Origin: an uncultured Prevotellaceae bacterium
Lineage (GTDB): Bacteria; Bacteroidota; Bacteroidia; Bacteroidales; Bacteroidaceae
NCBI GenBank assembly: GCA_947304115.1
Contig: CAMZAE010000002.1
Span: 10,059 to 74,058 of the forward strand
DNA length: 64,000 nt
Reading direction: 5' to 3'
Below the pieces are notes generated by a model that saw only the letters and a list, made by a program, of their open reading frames with translations, had not been told where the DNA came from and made no database searches. Of this stretch, positions 1 through 10,337 are shown piece by piece. Position numbers and translations under genes: made by a program. Each line of letters begins with the position of its first letter. Positions within the stretch are counted from its first letter, which is position 1.

Positions 1-1972
1 TGTTGCGTGCCAGCGTCTTGTTTACCACTGTGTTATCCTCGCTAAGCTGTTTGCGGTAGTGGAGATAGAAACTGCGTATGGCATAGTTGGCGTAGCGGAA
101 GATGAAGAAGAGTGCCGCCGCCATACATACCAAAAAGAGTGAGATGCGGATGATGCCCGTTTGGTTGACGATGTCGCGCATGAAAATCTTCTGGCAGAGG
201 CTCGTCATCTCAAACACTTGTGCCGCCCAGTAGATGCTGACCAGTACGGAGAGAACGGCAAGGATGGGTACCAGTGTGCGGCAGAAGAAATCATAGAACC
301 AGGTTTGCACGATGAAATCGCCCTTTTTCACACGCTTTATCAGAGCCTCACGTTCCTCCTTGCTGGAGGCGTCAATATCAATGTGCTGCAACAGATAGTG
401 TGCCTCGTACTTCTTTGTCAGGTCGTAGATGAAGGTGATGGTCATAATGGCTGCCAGTTGAAACGTCCACCAAATCATCACCTGAACAGCCAGCAGTGTA
501 TAGCCTGCCCATGCAGCAATGCAAGAGAAGAGGAGTGCAGCGGTGGTGATGTGTGTGTAAATTTTGTCGAGTATCGGCAGGTACTGTCTGTGGCGTCGTG
601 CCACAAAGTATTGCCAAATGGCAAAGACAAGCAAGATGGGCGGAAAGACGAGGTTGACCAATGCATTCGGGATGAGTACGATGCGGAACAGGATGACGAT
701 GAACGCCAGCACCATCAGCGGCATATAAATGATGGCGGCATGACGCATCTGCTCCCCCTTGAGACGGATATACAGGCTTAAGAATATGGCTTCAAGCAAC
801 CAGGCGATGTTAATGATAAGCCCTGTGCCCATCTGTATGAAGTTGCGTTGGGAAAAGGCTCTCACCAGCATGACGATAATGGCAAAAAGTGCAATGCCGA
901 CCACGTTGTTGAGCATTGTCCGCTTCTCTTTGAAGTCAGGCCCGCGCCATTTCTTCGGCAACAGCCATCGCAACACAGTGTAGCTGATGCCAAGCGAAAG
1001 AGCGAGGTAGAATACGAGGAAAATGCTGATGAAGAGCACCGTTGCCCCACGCCACTCGGAATAAAGTCGCTCGTGTCCTTCAAAGGGCTTGTATTTCATG
1101 TCGATGGTGGACTTCACCATCATAATCTGCACGGGCAGCGAAGCAAGGATGCTGAAGTAGTTGGCACTGCCGTTGCGGAAGATGTTTTCCTGCAGCAGGC
1201 GGTAGCGGCTCTGTGCGTACTCGTCGAGTTCCATAACCTTGTCGCGCACACTTTGATAATAGGCATTCTCTGCTTCGAGGCTTTCCAGGAAGCGCTGCAT
1301 GTTGTTCCGAATGGTGTCGGCATATTGCAGGCAGGCATTGCGGTCCTTCTGTTGCTCTCTGGTCAGGAAGAGCGGCTCCAGATGCTCTTCTTCCTCCTCG
1401 GGAAGGTCTTGGCTCTTCTTCTCCAGAATAGAAATAGACTCCTCGTCCATGTCGTTGCGTGCGATGAGCAGTGAATCTTGCTTCGCAGCCAAGGAGTCGA
1501 TAGCTTGGAAAAGAATGCTGTCGCTGGCACTGAGGGTGCTGTCGGCATCGATGACTGGCGGCATACGCTTGAGCGAGCGGATAAGGTGGTCGGTGCGCTC
1601 TATCTCCTGCTTCAAGCGGGCAATAATTTTATCGTATTGCCGCATCTTGCTGTTGCGGCTGTCAAGGTCGCGTCTCAGGTTTGCAGCCTGCTGGCAGGCA
1701 TACGCCATGTCAAAGGTGTTGTCGGTGGATTGAGAGTAGAGCATCAGTCCAATCTGCTCGCATTGGTGCATGTACCAGACCAACTGCTTATGTTGCTGCA
1801 TACCTTGTTGCTCGTAACTTTGCATGAAAGCCTGCTGACGCTCATAGTTGGCTTGCAGTTCTGCCTTGAGTACGCCAAGGGTACGTGCCAAGTCTTTTTC
1901 CTTGAGCACAGAATAAGACGAGGAGAAACCGATAAGCAGCAGGGCTGCGGATAAAAATAAACGCTTTGTCAT
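1..1972 (-). CDS. Mechanosensitive ion channel family protein (large MscS/MscK-like); about 657 N-terminal codons, with the 3' end beyond the left window edge
   Basis: Absent from the ORF track because it runs off the window. Manual reverse-strand translation from the ATG at 1972..1970 gives MTKRLFLSAALLLIGFSSS (signal peptide). A long Q/E-rich coiled-coil segment follows, then several hydrophobic helices. The frame stays open to position 2 and ends ..NKTLARN, just before where the MscS pore domain would start. The + strand ORFs 161..781, 848..1474 and 1478..1954 are its antisense shadows. Confidence 0.7.
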   Translation of the reverse strand, partial: MTKRLFLSAALLLIGFSSSYSVLKEKDLARTLGVLKAELQANYERQQAFMQSYEQQGMQQHKQLVWYMHQCEQIGLMLYSQSTDNTFDMAYACQQAANLRRDLDSRNSKMRQYDKIIARLKQEIERTDHLIRSLKRMPPVIDADSTLSASDSILFQAIDSLAAKQDSLLIARNDMDEESISILEKKSQDLPEEEEEHLEPLFLTREQQKDRNACLQYADTIRNNMQRFLESLEAENAYYQSVRDKVMELDEYAQSRYRLLQENIFRNGSANYFSILASLPVQIMMVKSTIDMKYKPFEGHERLYSEWRGATVLFISIFLVFYLALSLGISYTVLRWLLPKKWRGPDFKEKRTMLNNVVGIALFAIIVMLVRAFSQRNFIQMGTGLIINIAWLLEAIFLSLYIRLKGEQMRHAAIIYMPLMVLAFIVILFRIVLIPNALVNLVFPPILLVFAIWQYFVARRHRQYLPILDKIYTHITTAALLFSCIAAWAGYTLLAVQVMIWWTFQLAAIMTITFIYDLTKKYEAHYLLQHIDIDASSKEEREALIKRVKKGDFIVQTWFYDFFCRTLVPILAVLSVLVSIYWAAQVFEMTSLCQKIFMRDIVNQTGIIRISLFLVCMAAALFFIFRYANYAIRSFYLHYRKQLSEDNTVVNKTLARN

Positions 1973-1991
1973 GTGTCTTTGTTATCTTGTC

Positions 1992-3353
1992 TTAGTGTGT
2001 TTTTCTGCGATAGTCGGCGAGGGCGATATGATAGTTGGCCTTAGCTCTGGCAAGGTCGTTCTGTGCCTGACGGTTCAGTGTTTCGGCATCGAGGAGGTCG
2101 GTCAGGGTGCAGGTGCTCATGCGGTATTGGTCTGTGGTCATGCGCAGGTTCTCGGCAGCTTCCTCGCAACTGGCTTCGGCAATTTGTGTCTGTTTGTAAG
2201 TTTCTTGCAGGTTTGTCCAGGCACGTTCAATGTCAATCTGCAACATCTGTCGTGTATTCTCATGGTCACTTTGTGCTTGCTGAAGTTTTATTTTTTGCCG
2301 TTTCATCGCATGACTCCCGCCCCACCAGTCGCTCAGGGGAACAGAAAGCGTGCCAAAGACCAGACCATTGTTTAAGTTGCCAGGCAGGTATGCTTTGGCA
2401 TTTTCGGAATAACCGCCAAGACCTGTATGATAGCCCATCAGCCCGACACCAAGATGGGGCAGATACTTACCGCGCTCCATCTTCACCTGAAGCTTTTGCG
2501 CTTCTACAGCCTTGCCCATCAGTTGTAGTTCTTCGCGAAGGTCGGGCGAGAGGCTCAATGCTCCTCCAGCCACTTCAATCGGCTGTTCCACGGGCTTGTC
2601 CTCAAGGACAATGTCGAAACTTTTGTCTGCTTCGGCAGGCTCAATGCCTATTTGTTGCGCAAGCAACAGGCGCAGGACATGGTCGGCATTCTCAAGTTTA
2701 AGTCGTGCGCTGGAAAGTTCCTGCTGGCGCAGACGTACTTTGAGCTGTGAGTTGCGTGTCGTGACACCTGCTTTGAGGAAGTTCTCCACCTGTGCCATCA
2801 CTGCTTCAATCTGTTTCTCTGCTGCTTCTATGGTGTTCAGGTTGTAGCGTACCTGAGCCAACTGCCAGTAACATTCTGTCACCTTCTGCAGCACTTCCTT
2901 CTCTGTCAGTTGCTGTTTGAGTGTCATCACATCTCTTTGCACGCTGGCGAGTTTGTTGCCATAGACAATCTGCCCACCAAAGAAAAGAGGCTGGACAAGT
3001 GTGGCGGAAACAGCATAGCCTCGATTCAGTTCCGAGATACTGAACGGTGTGCCGACGAGGGGGGCAAACGAGGTGCTGATGGCCGCAATCTCTTTGGGAT
3101 AGGTGCCATCGGCCTTAACAAGTTCGTCGAAGCATCGGAACGCCATTACGTTGGCACTGATGCGTGGGAAGTAGTTTGTGAATGCCTCTTTCTTCTGTTC
3201 CGAGGCAGCATCAATCTCGAATGCTGCATTGCGCAGTTCGTGGTTGTTTTGTCGTGCGCGTTCAAGGCACTGCTCCAAGGTCAACGACTGGGCAGACGCA
3301 GAATAATATGCGAGGAATAATATGTGAAATAATGTAACAAGCCGCTTTGACAT
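1992..3353 (-). CDS. TolC-family outer membrane efflux protein
   Basis: ORF 1992..3392. The start at 3353 (MSKRLVTLFHILFLAYYSASAQS, a signal peptide) is preferred because it removes the overlap with the upstream RND gene. The protein has two repeated alpha-helical/beta-barrel halves typical of TolC/OprM. It is the last gene of an adaptor-RND-OMP operon. Confidence 0.85.
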   Translation of the reverse strand: MSKRLVTLFHILFLAYYSASAQSLTLEQCLERARQNNHELRNAAFEIDAASEQKKEAFTNYFPRISANVMAFRCFDELVKADGTYPKEIAAISTSFAPLVGTPFSISELNRGYAVSATLVQPLFFGGQIVYGNKLASVQRDVMTLKQQLTEKEVLQKVTECYWQLAQVRYNLNTIEAAEKQIEAVMAQVENFLKAGVTTRNSQLKVRLRQQELSSARLKLENADHVLRLLLAQQIGIEPAEADKSFDIVLEDKPVEQPIEVAGGALSLSPDLREELQLMGKAVEAQKLQVKMERGKYLPHLGVGLMGYHTGLGGYSENAKAYLPGNLNNGLVFGTLSVPLSDWWGGSHAMKRQKIKLQQAQSDHENTRQMLQIDIERAWTNLQETYKQTQIAEASCEEAAENLRMTTDQYRMSTCTLTDLLDAETLNRQAQNDLARAKANYHIALADYRRKTH

Positions 3354-3369
3354 ATAATTATTATTGTGT

Positions 3370-6300
3370 TTACTCTTTCTTTTGATGGTCATTCAACTTC
3401 CAGTACACCACTGGCAGCACGGTCACGACAAGGATCAGCGTGCCGATGCCTCCGGCGAAGATCGTGATGCCGACGGGCATCCAGAACGAAGAACCGCCCA
3501 GAATCATGGGAATCACGCCTACGGCTGTCGTGGCAGTTGTAAGGAATATGGGCACCATGCGTCGGCGTCCGGCATCGAAGGCCGCCTCGCGAACCGTTAG
3601 CCCCTCGGATATCATTTGGTCGGCATGCTCAAAGATGAGTATCTCGTTTCGCATGATGATGCCCATGAGGGTGATGAAGCCGAAGAGACTGGTCAAGCCA
3701 AGCGTGATGTCTGCAATACCGAGGCCAATCATGGCACCAGGCAGGGAGAGCAGAATGGACACCATGCAGACACCTGTCAGGCCAAAGCGTCGGAAGTTGA
3801 AGAGCAGGAAGAAGAAGATAATGACCAGAGCGATGCCGATACCAAGTGCCACTTGTGGCACGGTCTCCATGTTTTTCTCCGGCTCGCCGCCTATCTCGTA
3901 GCTGACACCAGCGGGCAGTGGGAAGTCCTTTTCGAGTATTGTCTTGATACGGTTCTGTACTGTGGCTGCCACCACGCCACGTTTGTTCTCGGCAGTGACG
4001 GTGATGCATCTTATGCCGCCGCGATGCATGATGTGGGTGGGTGCCCATCGTGTCTTGACGCTTGCCACTTGACGTAGTGGTACACTGCTTGTAGGCTGTG
4101 CCAGCGGTGTGAGATAGATGTTCTCTACGTCGCTTGCCTGCATTTGTTCTGCCTCTTTGTCGCGCAGAATGACGGGTACTTCATAGTTCCCTTCCCAGAG
4201 AGAGGCAATCTGTGTCTTGCCCGTCTGCATGGCAAGCTGCAACTCTGCGGAGGTACGCGATATGCCAAGCTGCGAAGCCGTGACAGCATCGAGCGTTATG
4301 TCCATAATGGGCGAGGGTTGGTCGAAATCGGTATGCACCCATTCCAGTTCCGGCATCTGCCGCAAACGCTCCATCAGCCGCTCTGCAGCAAGCTCGATGC
4401 TGTCTATTTCGTTGCCATAGAAACGGTATTCATAGGTTGGAACGGGCAAGTAGTCCATTTGTTTGAAGCGGACGTAGGCGCCAGGCCAGTGGTTGCTCAA
4501 GCGAGGGGCATATTCGTTGAGCACTTCGAAAGTGGTCTTGATGCTTGTCGTATTGACAATAAGCTGTGCAAAGTTCTTCCCGCCCAACTGCGGTTCATAG
4601 CTCATCTGGAAGCGTGGCGATGCACAGCCTACGAAGGTGGTGACGCTTGTGACACGCTTGTCCTTGGAAAGTGAGTCGCGCAAAGCCTCGGTAATGGCTC
4701 TTGTCTCCTCCAGGCCAGCTCCTTTCGGCAGGAATATCTCGCAAGCGAACTGGTTGCGGTCGGCAAAGGGGAACTGTCTAATCTTGAGCGTCGGGAAGAT
4801 GAGGGAAGTGAGGACGACCAGTACTACGCTGCCAATGATTGTCAGCCAGGGATGGCGGAACGTCCAGTTCAGTGCCACTTCGTAGATGTCCTGAACTCGG
4901 TCTGTTATGTCGAGCTTGCCAGGTTTCTTTTCCTTGAACTTTGTGATAAGGCGCACGTTGAGTGCAGGTATGATGCAGGCAGCCACGATGAGGCTCACGA
5001 TAAGGCAGATGGTGATAGTGGGTGGGAAATACTTGATGACATCACCGGCTTCACCTGTCATGGTGAAGAGGATGGGGAAGAAGATGGCGCAGATGCATAC
5101 GGTAGCCAGCAGCATAGGCATAAAGTATTGCTTGACTGCCATGACAGATGCTTCGCGTCGGTTGATTCCAACGCCCAGATATTCCAGGTAGCCGTCGATG
5201 ACCACAATGCTGTTATCCACAATCATGCCCAGTACGACGATGAGCGAGGCCAGTGTGATGATGTTCAGCGGAATGCCGACGAGATACATAGTGCCCACAC
5301 TGATGAATGTAGAGAGCGGAATGGTGATGGCGGCAACGATGGCGCTGCGAATGGGGAAGAGAATCATCATAACCAAGATGATGACAATCATCGACTCGAT
5401 AAGGTTTATGAGGAAGTCTGTCACGCTTTCTTCCACGACCTTTGGCTGGTCGGTAATGCGAAGCACATCGACATCGGCGGGCAAGTAGTCTTCGCGGAAT
5501 GTCTTGATGACCTTGTTCACCTCCTTGCCGTAATGCACAATGTTATTGCCTTCTGTCATCTCAAGGGAGAGCAGCACACAGCGTTTCCCGTTGCTCTCTA
5601 TGTAGTTGTCGCTGGTGTCATATTCCCGCTTTACCTCGGCGATGTCGCGCACTCTCACGATGCGTCCGCTGGCATCGGAGTAGATAATCTGGTCCATTAT
5701 CTCCTGCTCAGACTGGCGTGTAGTGACAATATGCAGTGGTATGTTTGTCGAGGGTGAACTGACGCTGCCGCTCAGGGTGGTGATGCCTTCGTTGGAGAGT
5801 GTGGCAATCAATGCAGCCTGTCCGATGCCGTATGCCGCAAGGCGCTCACGATCAACGTAGATGCTGATTTGTTCCTTCTTTTCTCCGTACTGCCGTACTC
5901 CGGCGACGCTTTTCACGCGGCGCAGGCGGTCGGCCAGCTCGTCGCTGTATTCCTGAAGTTCACGATAGGAGCGCTCGTTGCTTTCCAGTGTGATGAGCAG
6001 GGCAGAGGCATCGCCAAAGTCATCCTTTACGATGACAGCCACGACGCCGCTTGGCAGTTGGCTCTTGAATTCGTTGATGCCATGCTTCATCTTGTTCCAC
6101 ACAGGTTGCAGGTTGGTGAGCCGGGCGTCGAAGTTGACCTTCATAAAGCACATCCCGTTCATGCTCTGTGTGGTGGTCTTTGCACGGTCCACTTCTTTGT
6201 ATGTAAACACGTAGCGTTCAAGGGGACGTGCCACTTGTGCCTCTATTTCTTCGCTTGTCGCACCAGGCATGACGGCTACGATGACACCCATGCGCATGGT

Positions 6301-6516
6301 GAAGGGTGGGAACTCGTCTTTTGGCATCATAACGAGACCGTAGAAACCGAAGGCAAGCAGTATGATGGTGATAAGGGCCGTAATGCCGCGGTTTACGAGC
6401 GGCCATGCAGCCCAGTGCAGCATGAGGTTGTGGTCAGTTATCTTTCCCATGTATCTTCCTTTGTCTTTAATCCATGATTTCTGAACCTTCGCTGACTTTT
6501 TGATAGCCTTCGACAA
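3370..6516 (-). CDS. RND efflux transporter permease (AcrB/HAE1-like)
   Basis: A 1048-aa ORF with 12 predicted TM helices and two large periplasmic loops, typical of AcrB. It lies between the adaptor and TolC genes. The true start may be the internal Met at 6450 or 6423, which would remove the overlap with the adaptor gene. Confidence 0.9.
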   Translation of the reverse strand: MSKAIKKSAKVQKSWIKDKGRYMGKITDHNLMLHWAAWPLVNRGITALITIILLAFGFYGLVMMPKDEFPPFTMRMGVIVAVMPGATSEEIEAQVARPLERYVFTYKEVDRAKTTTQSMNGMCFMKVNFDARLTNLQPVWNKMKHGINEFKSQLPSGVVAVIVKDDFGDASALLITLESNERSYRELQEYSDELADRLRRVKSVAGVRQYGEKKEQISIYVDRERLAAYGIGQAALIATLSNEGITTLSGSVSSPSTNIPLHIVTTRQSEQEIMDQIIYSDASGRIVRVRDIAEVKREYDTSDNYIESNGKRCVLLSLEMTEGNNIVHYGKEVNKVIKTFREDYLPADVDVLRITDQPKVVEESVTDFLINLIESMIVIILVMMILFPIRSAIVAAITIPLSTFISVGTMYLVGIPLNIITLASLIVVLGMIVDNSIVVIDGYLEYLGVGINRREASVMAVKQYFMPMLLATVCICAIFFPILFTMTGEAGDVIKYFPPTITICLIVSLIVAACIIPALNVRLITKFKEKKPGKLDITDRVQDIYEVALNWTFRHPWLTIIGSVVLVVLTSLIFPTLKIRQFPFADRNQFACEIFLPKGAGLEETRAITEALRDSLSKDKRVTSVTTFVGCASPRFQMSYEPQLGGKNFAQLIVNTTSIKTTFEVLNEYAPRLSNHWPGAYVRFKQMDYLPVPTYEYRFYGNEIDSIELAAERLMERLRQMPELEWVHTDFDQPSPIMDITLDAVTASQLGISRTSAELQLAMQTGKTQIASLWEGNYEVPVILRDKEAEQMQASDVENIYLTPLAQPTSSVPLRQVASVKTRWAPTHIMHRGGIRCITVTAENKRGVVAATVQNRIKTILEKDFPLPAGVSYEIGGEPEKNMETVPQVALGIGIALVIIFFFLLFNFRRFGLTGVCMVSILLSLPGAMIGLGIADITLGLTSLFGFITLMGIIMRNEILIFEHADQMISEGLTVREAAFDAGRRRMVPIFLTTATTAVGVIPMILGGSSFWMPVGITIFAGGIGTLILVVTVLPVVYWKLNDHQKKE

Positions 6517-7507
6517 TCACTTTGTCGTCTTCTTTCAGTCCGGAAAGTATAATGATTCGGTCGCCTTGTGCTTGTCCTATTTCCACCTGTTGGCGGTGAG
6601 CCTTGCCTTCCTTGTTGAGCCACACGAAATATGTGTCGTCGGCGTTCTGCTGTACGCTGCGCAGTGGCACCGTGACGATTCCCCGCTCGTCATCTTCTGC
6701 ATCTGTCAGAACATTAACTACCATGCCAGGCAGCAACTCGCCGCCAGGGTTGGACAGAGTGAAGCGGACGTCATAAGTGTGCGTCAGGGCATCGCCTTGC
6801 ACGCTGCGTATGAAATTTGTGCTGTGGAAAGTCTTGCCGCTGAGCGCTTCGGCTGTGACCATCACTCCTTTGCCGCCCGTTAATGTCGGATTGAAGAATG
6901 CAATCTCTTTTTCAGGGACGGAGATTTTTACCTTAACTGTCGCGATGTTCAGGATGGTGCAGACGGGTTGCGAAGGGAGTGCTGTCATACCGTTCTCCAT
7001 CTGTTTCTTGCCGATGATGCCGCAGCAGGGAGCCAACAGGCGACAGTCCTTCACTGCTTTCTCTGCCATGTCAAGACTTGCCTGGGCCTGGCGGACTTTT
7101 GTTTGCACGTTCACCCAGTCGATGTCCGAAATGGACTGCGACGCGTGGAGCACTTGCATACGTTCCTGTGCGTCCAAAGCCTGGTCGAGTGCTGCCTTGG
7201 CAGCCTGACGGGTGTTCTCGCATTGTGTCTGGTCCATTTCTGCGATGAGCTGTCCTTTTTTTACAGATTGCCCTTCCTCGACATAGACTCTGCTCACGGT
7301 GCCCATCCCTGTAAAGCTGACGGGCGTACTGCTGTCTTCCTCTACTTTGCCCACATAGTGTTTGCCAACGGCGACTGTGCTTGCACAAACCGTTTCGGTG
7401 GTGACACTCAGCGCCTCTATCTGATAACTTTTCTGGCTTTTCTCACATGCAGCCAACGACAGCATTGCGATTGTCAGCAGGGCGACAGCAAATGTTTCAT
7501 TCTTCAT
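6467..7507 (-). CDS. Efflux RND periplasmic adaptor subunit (membrane fusion protein), lipoprotein
   Basis: ORF 6467..7561. The start at 7507 (MKNETFAVALLTIAMLSLAAC, with a lipobox) is preferred. It has a HlyD/AcrA-like coiled-coil hairpin and beta-barrel regions, and is the first gene of the efflux operon. Confidence 0.85.
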   Translation of the reverse strand: MKNETFAVALLTIAMLSLAACEKSQKSYQIEALSVTTETVCASTVAVGKHYVGKVEEDSSTPVSFTGMGTVSRVYVEEGQSVKKGQLIAEMDQTQCENTRQAAKAALDQALDAQERMQVLHASQSISDIDWVNVQTKVRQAQASLDMAEKAVKDCRLLAPCCGIIGKKQMENGMTALPSQPVCTILNIATVKVKISVPEKEIAFFNPTLTGGKGVMVTAEALSGKTFHSTNFIRSVQGDALTHTYDVRFTLSNPGGELLPGMVVNVLTDAEDDERGIVTVPLRSVQQNADDTYFVWLNKEGKAHRQQVEIGQAQGDRIIILSGLKEDDKVIVEGYQKVSEGSEIMD

Positions 7508-7674
7508 GCTTTGTTCTTTATTATAAATTGCGGGTGCAAAATTATTGCTTTTTCCCCACATAACGTATAAAGAAGTGTCGCAAAGCTTGTCCTATTTCTC
7601 CACAAAAACCTTCGCATTGCGAAAAAAAGAACAAAATTATGCCAAAAAGGTCACAATAATTAAATGAGAACAGC

Positions 7675-7682
7675 TATCTTTG
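7675..7682 (+). promoter_or_regulatory. Bacteroidota -7 promoter box TATCTTTG (consensus TAnnTTTG) for the AraC gene
   Basis: An exact TAnnTTTG match about 24 nt upstream of the ATG at 7706. This argues against the longer ORF start at 7664. Confidence 0.5.
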
Positions 7683-7705
7683 TGGGCAGAAAAAGGACAA
7701 AAATT

Positions 7706-8584
7706 ATGGAGAAACTGGATTTCAGCGCTATTGTGGATAGTAAATACAACTTTCACTGTAATGAACATATAGCATTGTTCTCTGATTTCGAAGAAGTTCG
7801 CAACCATGGTATCTCGGATGTCCTGATAGAGGGCTTTCTTTTTGCTGTGGTGACCCATGGTCAGGCTCAAATCTCGGTTGACGAGAAGACATATCAACTG
7901 GAGGAGGGCGATGTCATCACTTGTAAGCCGCGCAACATTTTCGAGCGTAGCATGATGAGTATGGACTTTAATGCCCTTGTGCTGTTCCTTTCGCCGGAGT
8001 ATGTGGCGCAACTCTCTCAGATGGTGCGTATGGAGTGGACGTATTCTATGTTCTCCATTTCCCATAAGATTCTAAAAGCCGATAAAATGGCAGTAAATCG
8101 CTTTAGGCTATACTTTGACTTGTTGCGAAATCATCTCTCCAGCCCTGATTCGCCCCACAAGGAACTCAGCCTTCGCCTACTCTTGGCATCAATGGCCTAC
8201 GACCTTCACGATCTTCATGGATTCCAGAACGAGGAACTGCTGCGTCAGACCTATAGCTCAGGCGAGAACATACTACGCCAGTTTATGCAGCATCTGCACG
8301 ACTCGTCCAGACCTTATCTCAACGTGAACGAGTATGCCAGCCTGTTTAGCATTACGCCGAAGTATTTTTCAAGTGTGTGCAAGCGGCTCACGGGAAAGAC
8401 GGCGAATCAACTAATTAGCGATGAAATCGTGCGTTCTTCACAAATAATGTTGCGCGACAGCAGTAAGAGTATCAAACAGATTGCTGCGTTCTTGGGCTTC
8501 AAGAACCAATCGCATTTCGGCCGCTTTTTCCGTCTTCAAACAGGTCTTTCGCCCCAACAATACCGTGAAGGTAAGGTGTTGTAG
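7706..8584 (+). CDS. AraC family transcriptional regulator
   Basis: It has a cupin-like N-terminal domain and a C-terminal double HTH (..IKQIAAFLGFKNQSHFGRFFRLQTGLSPQQYR). It is divergent from the RND efflux operon. Confidence 0.85.
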   Translation: MEKLDFSAIVDSKYNFHCNEHIALFSDFEEVRNHGISDVLIEGFLFAVVTHGQAQISVDEKTYQLEEGDVITCKPRNIFERSMMSMDFNALVLFLSPEYVAQLSQMVRMEWTYSMFSISHKILKADKMAVNRFRLYFDLLRNHLSSPDSPHKELSLRLLLASMAYDLHDLHGFQNEELLRQTYSSGENILRQFMQHLHDSSRPYLNVNEYASLFSITPKYFSSVCKRLTGKTANQLISDEIVRSSQIMLRDSSKSIKQIAAFLGFKNQSHFGRFFRLQTGLSPQQYREGKVL

Positions 8585-8671
8585 CCAGGTATTGTGCTTT
8601 TTTATAAACCATCTGTAAGGTGCTTTATCCTCCTTCGTTAACCCTTAAACTCCATTAATTCCCAATCCGAT

Positions 8672-10048
8672 ATGAAACGAAATTTAATTCTTTTTCTTCT
8701 TTTCCTGTTGACATTTCTGTTGGCCTCGGCACAGCAAAGGTCGTTGTATGATTTGCAGCAGGCCTTTGTCGATTTGCGCTTTGGTATGTTCATCCACTAC
8801 AACATGCCCACCTATTCCATAGAGGACTGGCCGGACCCTGATATGCCCGTCTCCGCCTTTGCTCCTACAAACCTTGATTGTCGTCAATGGGCCAAGGCTG
8901 CCAAGGCTGCAAACATGAGCTACGGCTGCCTTACCACCAAGCACCACAGTGGTTTTTGCATCTGGGACACCAAAACCACTGACTACAATTCCATGCAGTC
9001 GCCAGCCCATGTGGATGTCGTGCGCCAGTATGTCGATGCCTTCCGCGAGGAAGGGTTGAGTGTGATGCTGTATTTCAGCATTCTCGACACACACCACCGC
9101 ATTCGTCCTGGCCACATCAAGCCGAGTCACACTAAGTATATCAAATCGCAGCTTCGTGAACTTCTTACCAACTACGGTGACATCACCGCACTTATCATCG
9201 ATGGCTGGGATGCGCCCTGGTCTCGTATATCATATGATGAAATACCCTTTTCGGATATATATAATTATATCAAGAGCTTGCAGCCAAACTGCTTGGTGAT
9301 GGACCTTAATGCGGCAAAATACCCTCGAGAGGCCCTCTTCTACACCGACATAAAGAGCTACGAGCAGGGCGCAGGGCAGAAGATAAGCACCTCGGAGAAC
9401 CGTCTGCCCGCCCTTGCTTGCCTGAGCATTCAGCGCACGTGGTTCTGGAAGGAGTCAATGCCCACAGACAAGCTCAAGGATGTTCGCTGGCTTGTAGAGG
9501 AGAATATACGTCCATACAACAATGCCTATTGTAACTTTATTCTCAATGTTGCCCCGAACCGTGAAGGCAAGATGGACGATAATGCGGTGGAGGCACTGTG
9601 CCAGATAGGGCAAATGTGGAAGCACGAAGGCTCCACACAGCCCATTCCCGAATGCGATGCACCCATCACTTTGTGTAACCTCGCCAAGGGCTGCCCCACG
9701 GAGTACAGTTGGAGCTATGACTATAAAATCGGTGACTTCGCCAACGACGACAACTTCGACACCTCGTGGATCTCGCACTCAACTGTCAGCGAGCCTTGGT
9801 TGGAAGCAGGCCTTAACGGGAAGAAAAGGATTTCGCTAGTCACTATTGTAGAAAAAAGAAAAGGAAGCTTGCAGGCATATCGCATAGAATACAAGCGAGG
9901 GAAGTCCTGGCATAAGCTTTTCGAGGGGACAGCCCCGGAGTGTCGTGTCAAGCAACATCGCTTTCCTCCTGTCATGGCAGAAAGAGTACGTATTACTATT
10001 ACCCGGCATCAAGGCGAGGTCGCCCTTTCAGAAGTTGGCGTGTACTAA
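8672..10048 (+). CDS. Alpha-L-fucosidase (GH29) with a C-terminal F5/8 type C (discoidin) domain
   Basis: It carries a signal peptide and GH29 motifs FGMFIHYN and TTKHHSGFCIWDT. The C-terminal roughly 120 aa look like a carbohydrate-binding discoidin module. Confidence 0.85.
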   Translation: MKRNLILFLLFLLTFLLASAQQRSLYDLQQAFVDLRFGMFIHYNMPTYSIEDWPDPDMPVSAFAPTNLDCRQWAKAAKAANMSYGCLTTKHHSGFCIWDTKTTDYNSMQSPAHVDVVRQYVDAFREEGLSVMLYFSILDTHHRIRPGHIKPSHTKYIKSQLRELLTNYGDITALIIDGWDAPWSRISYDEIPFSDIYNYIKSLQPNCLVMDLNAAKYPREALFYTDIKSYEQGAGQKISTSENRLPALACLSIQRTWFWKESMPTDKLKDVRWLVEENIRPYNNAYCNFILNVAPNREGKMDDNAVEALCQIGQMWKHEGSTQPIPECDAPITLCNLAKGCPTEYSWSYDYKIGDFANDDNFDTSWISHSTVSEPWLEAGLNGKKRISLVTIVEKRKGSLQAYRIEYKRGKSWHKLFEGTAPECRVKQHRFPPVMAERVRITITRHQGEVALSEVGVY

Positions 10049-10161
10049 TAGTGTACAAAATAAAAGAGCCTGTTTCATTTGCCCTTCCTGTTCGGATTAT
10101 GACGGATTATGAAAGGACGGACATTTTTTTGTTGTTATGTTGGTAATCCAAAGTTTTTTTG

Positions 10162-10169
10162 TATCTTTG
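10162..10169 (+). promoter_or_regulatory. Duplicated copy of the V-ATPase operon -7 box (TATCTTTG)
   Basis: It lies inside direct repeat 9936..10254 and is identical to 13123..13130. Here it sits upstream of the ntpE' remnant and the fasciclin gene. Confidence 0.45.
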
Positions 10170-10200
10170 TGTCGTTATTTACACAAATATATATAAAGGA

Positions 10201-10291
10201 ATGGAAAAGATACAAGAACTCACCGAAAAACTCTTACGCGAGGGCGTGGAGAAAGGACAAGGCAGGCTACTTCCCCGAGGATGAGATGGCT
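10201..10291 (+). pseudogene. Chimeric remnant: the first roughly 54 nt of ntpE fused to a 37-nt piece of the DUF2764 (V-ATPase C-like) gene
   Basis: 10201..10254 is identical to 13162..13215, the ntpE start. 10255..10291 matches 14180..14216 with 4 differences, all synonymous in the DUF2764 frame. In the ntpE' frame the reading frame stops at 10284. Confidence 0.75.
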
Positions 10292-10337
10292 GCTGAAGGT
10301 GGTAAGGCATTCTATAAATACAGATAACTCTCTCTTA

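Noticed and set aside
161-1954. Three + strand ORFs (161..781, 848..1474, 1478..1954) listed in the track
   Set aside because: They are antisense to a continuous - strand reading frame (the MscS-family gene, 1972 to 1). The track omits that gene because it lacks a stop inside the window. Their sequences are motif-free and rich in H/D/E/Q/C.
3370-3392. Apparent gene overlaps of 23 nt (RND/TolC), 50 nt (adaptor/RND, 6467..6516) and 134 nt (sigma-like/DnaE-like, 55464..55597)
   Set aside because: They are artefacts of taking the longest ORF. Internal Met codons (3353; 6450 or 6423; 55471) give conventional spacing, or in the last case an 8-nt coupling overlap.
8684-9130. - strand ORFs 8684..9130 and 12473..12973 with shared sequence (..GIVVSGFG(V/I)PDAKTTVVLGGKAAVAHVCSLGSLGPLTTIKV..)
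   Set aside because: They are antisense to the fucosidase gene and its pseudogene. The similarity only reflects the duplication.
10109-10327. ORFs 10109..10327 and 13070..13420 share an identical N-terminus (MKGRTFFCCYVGNPKFF..). The same is true of 9940..10146 and 12901..13107.
   Set aside because: They are by-products of the 319-bp direct repeat. They run through the intergenic spacer and promoter box, out of frame with ntpE.
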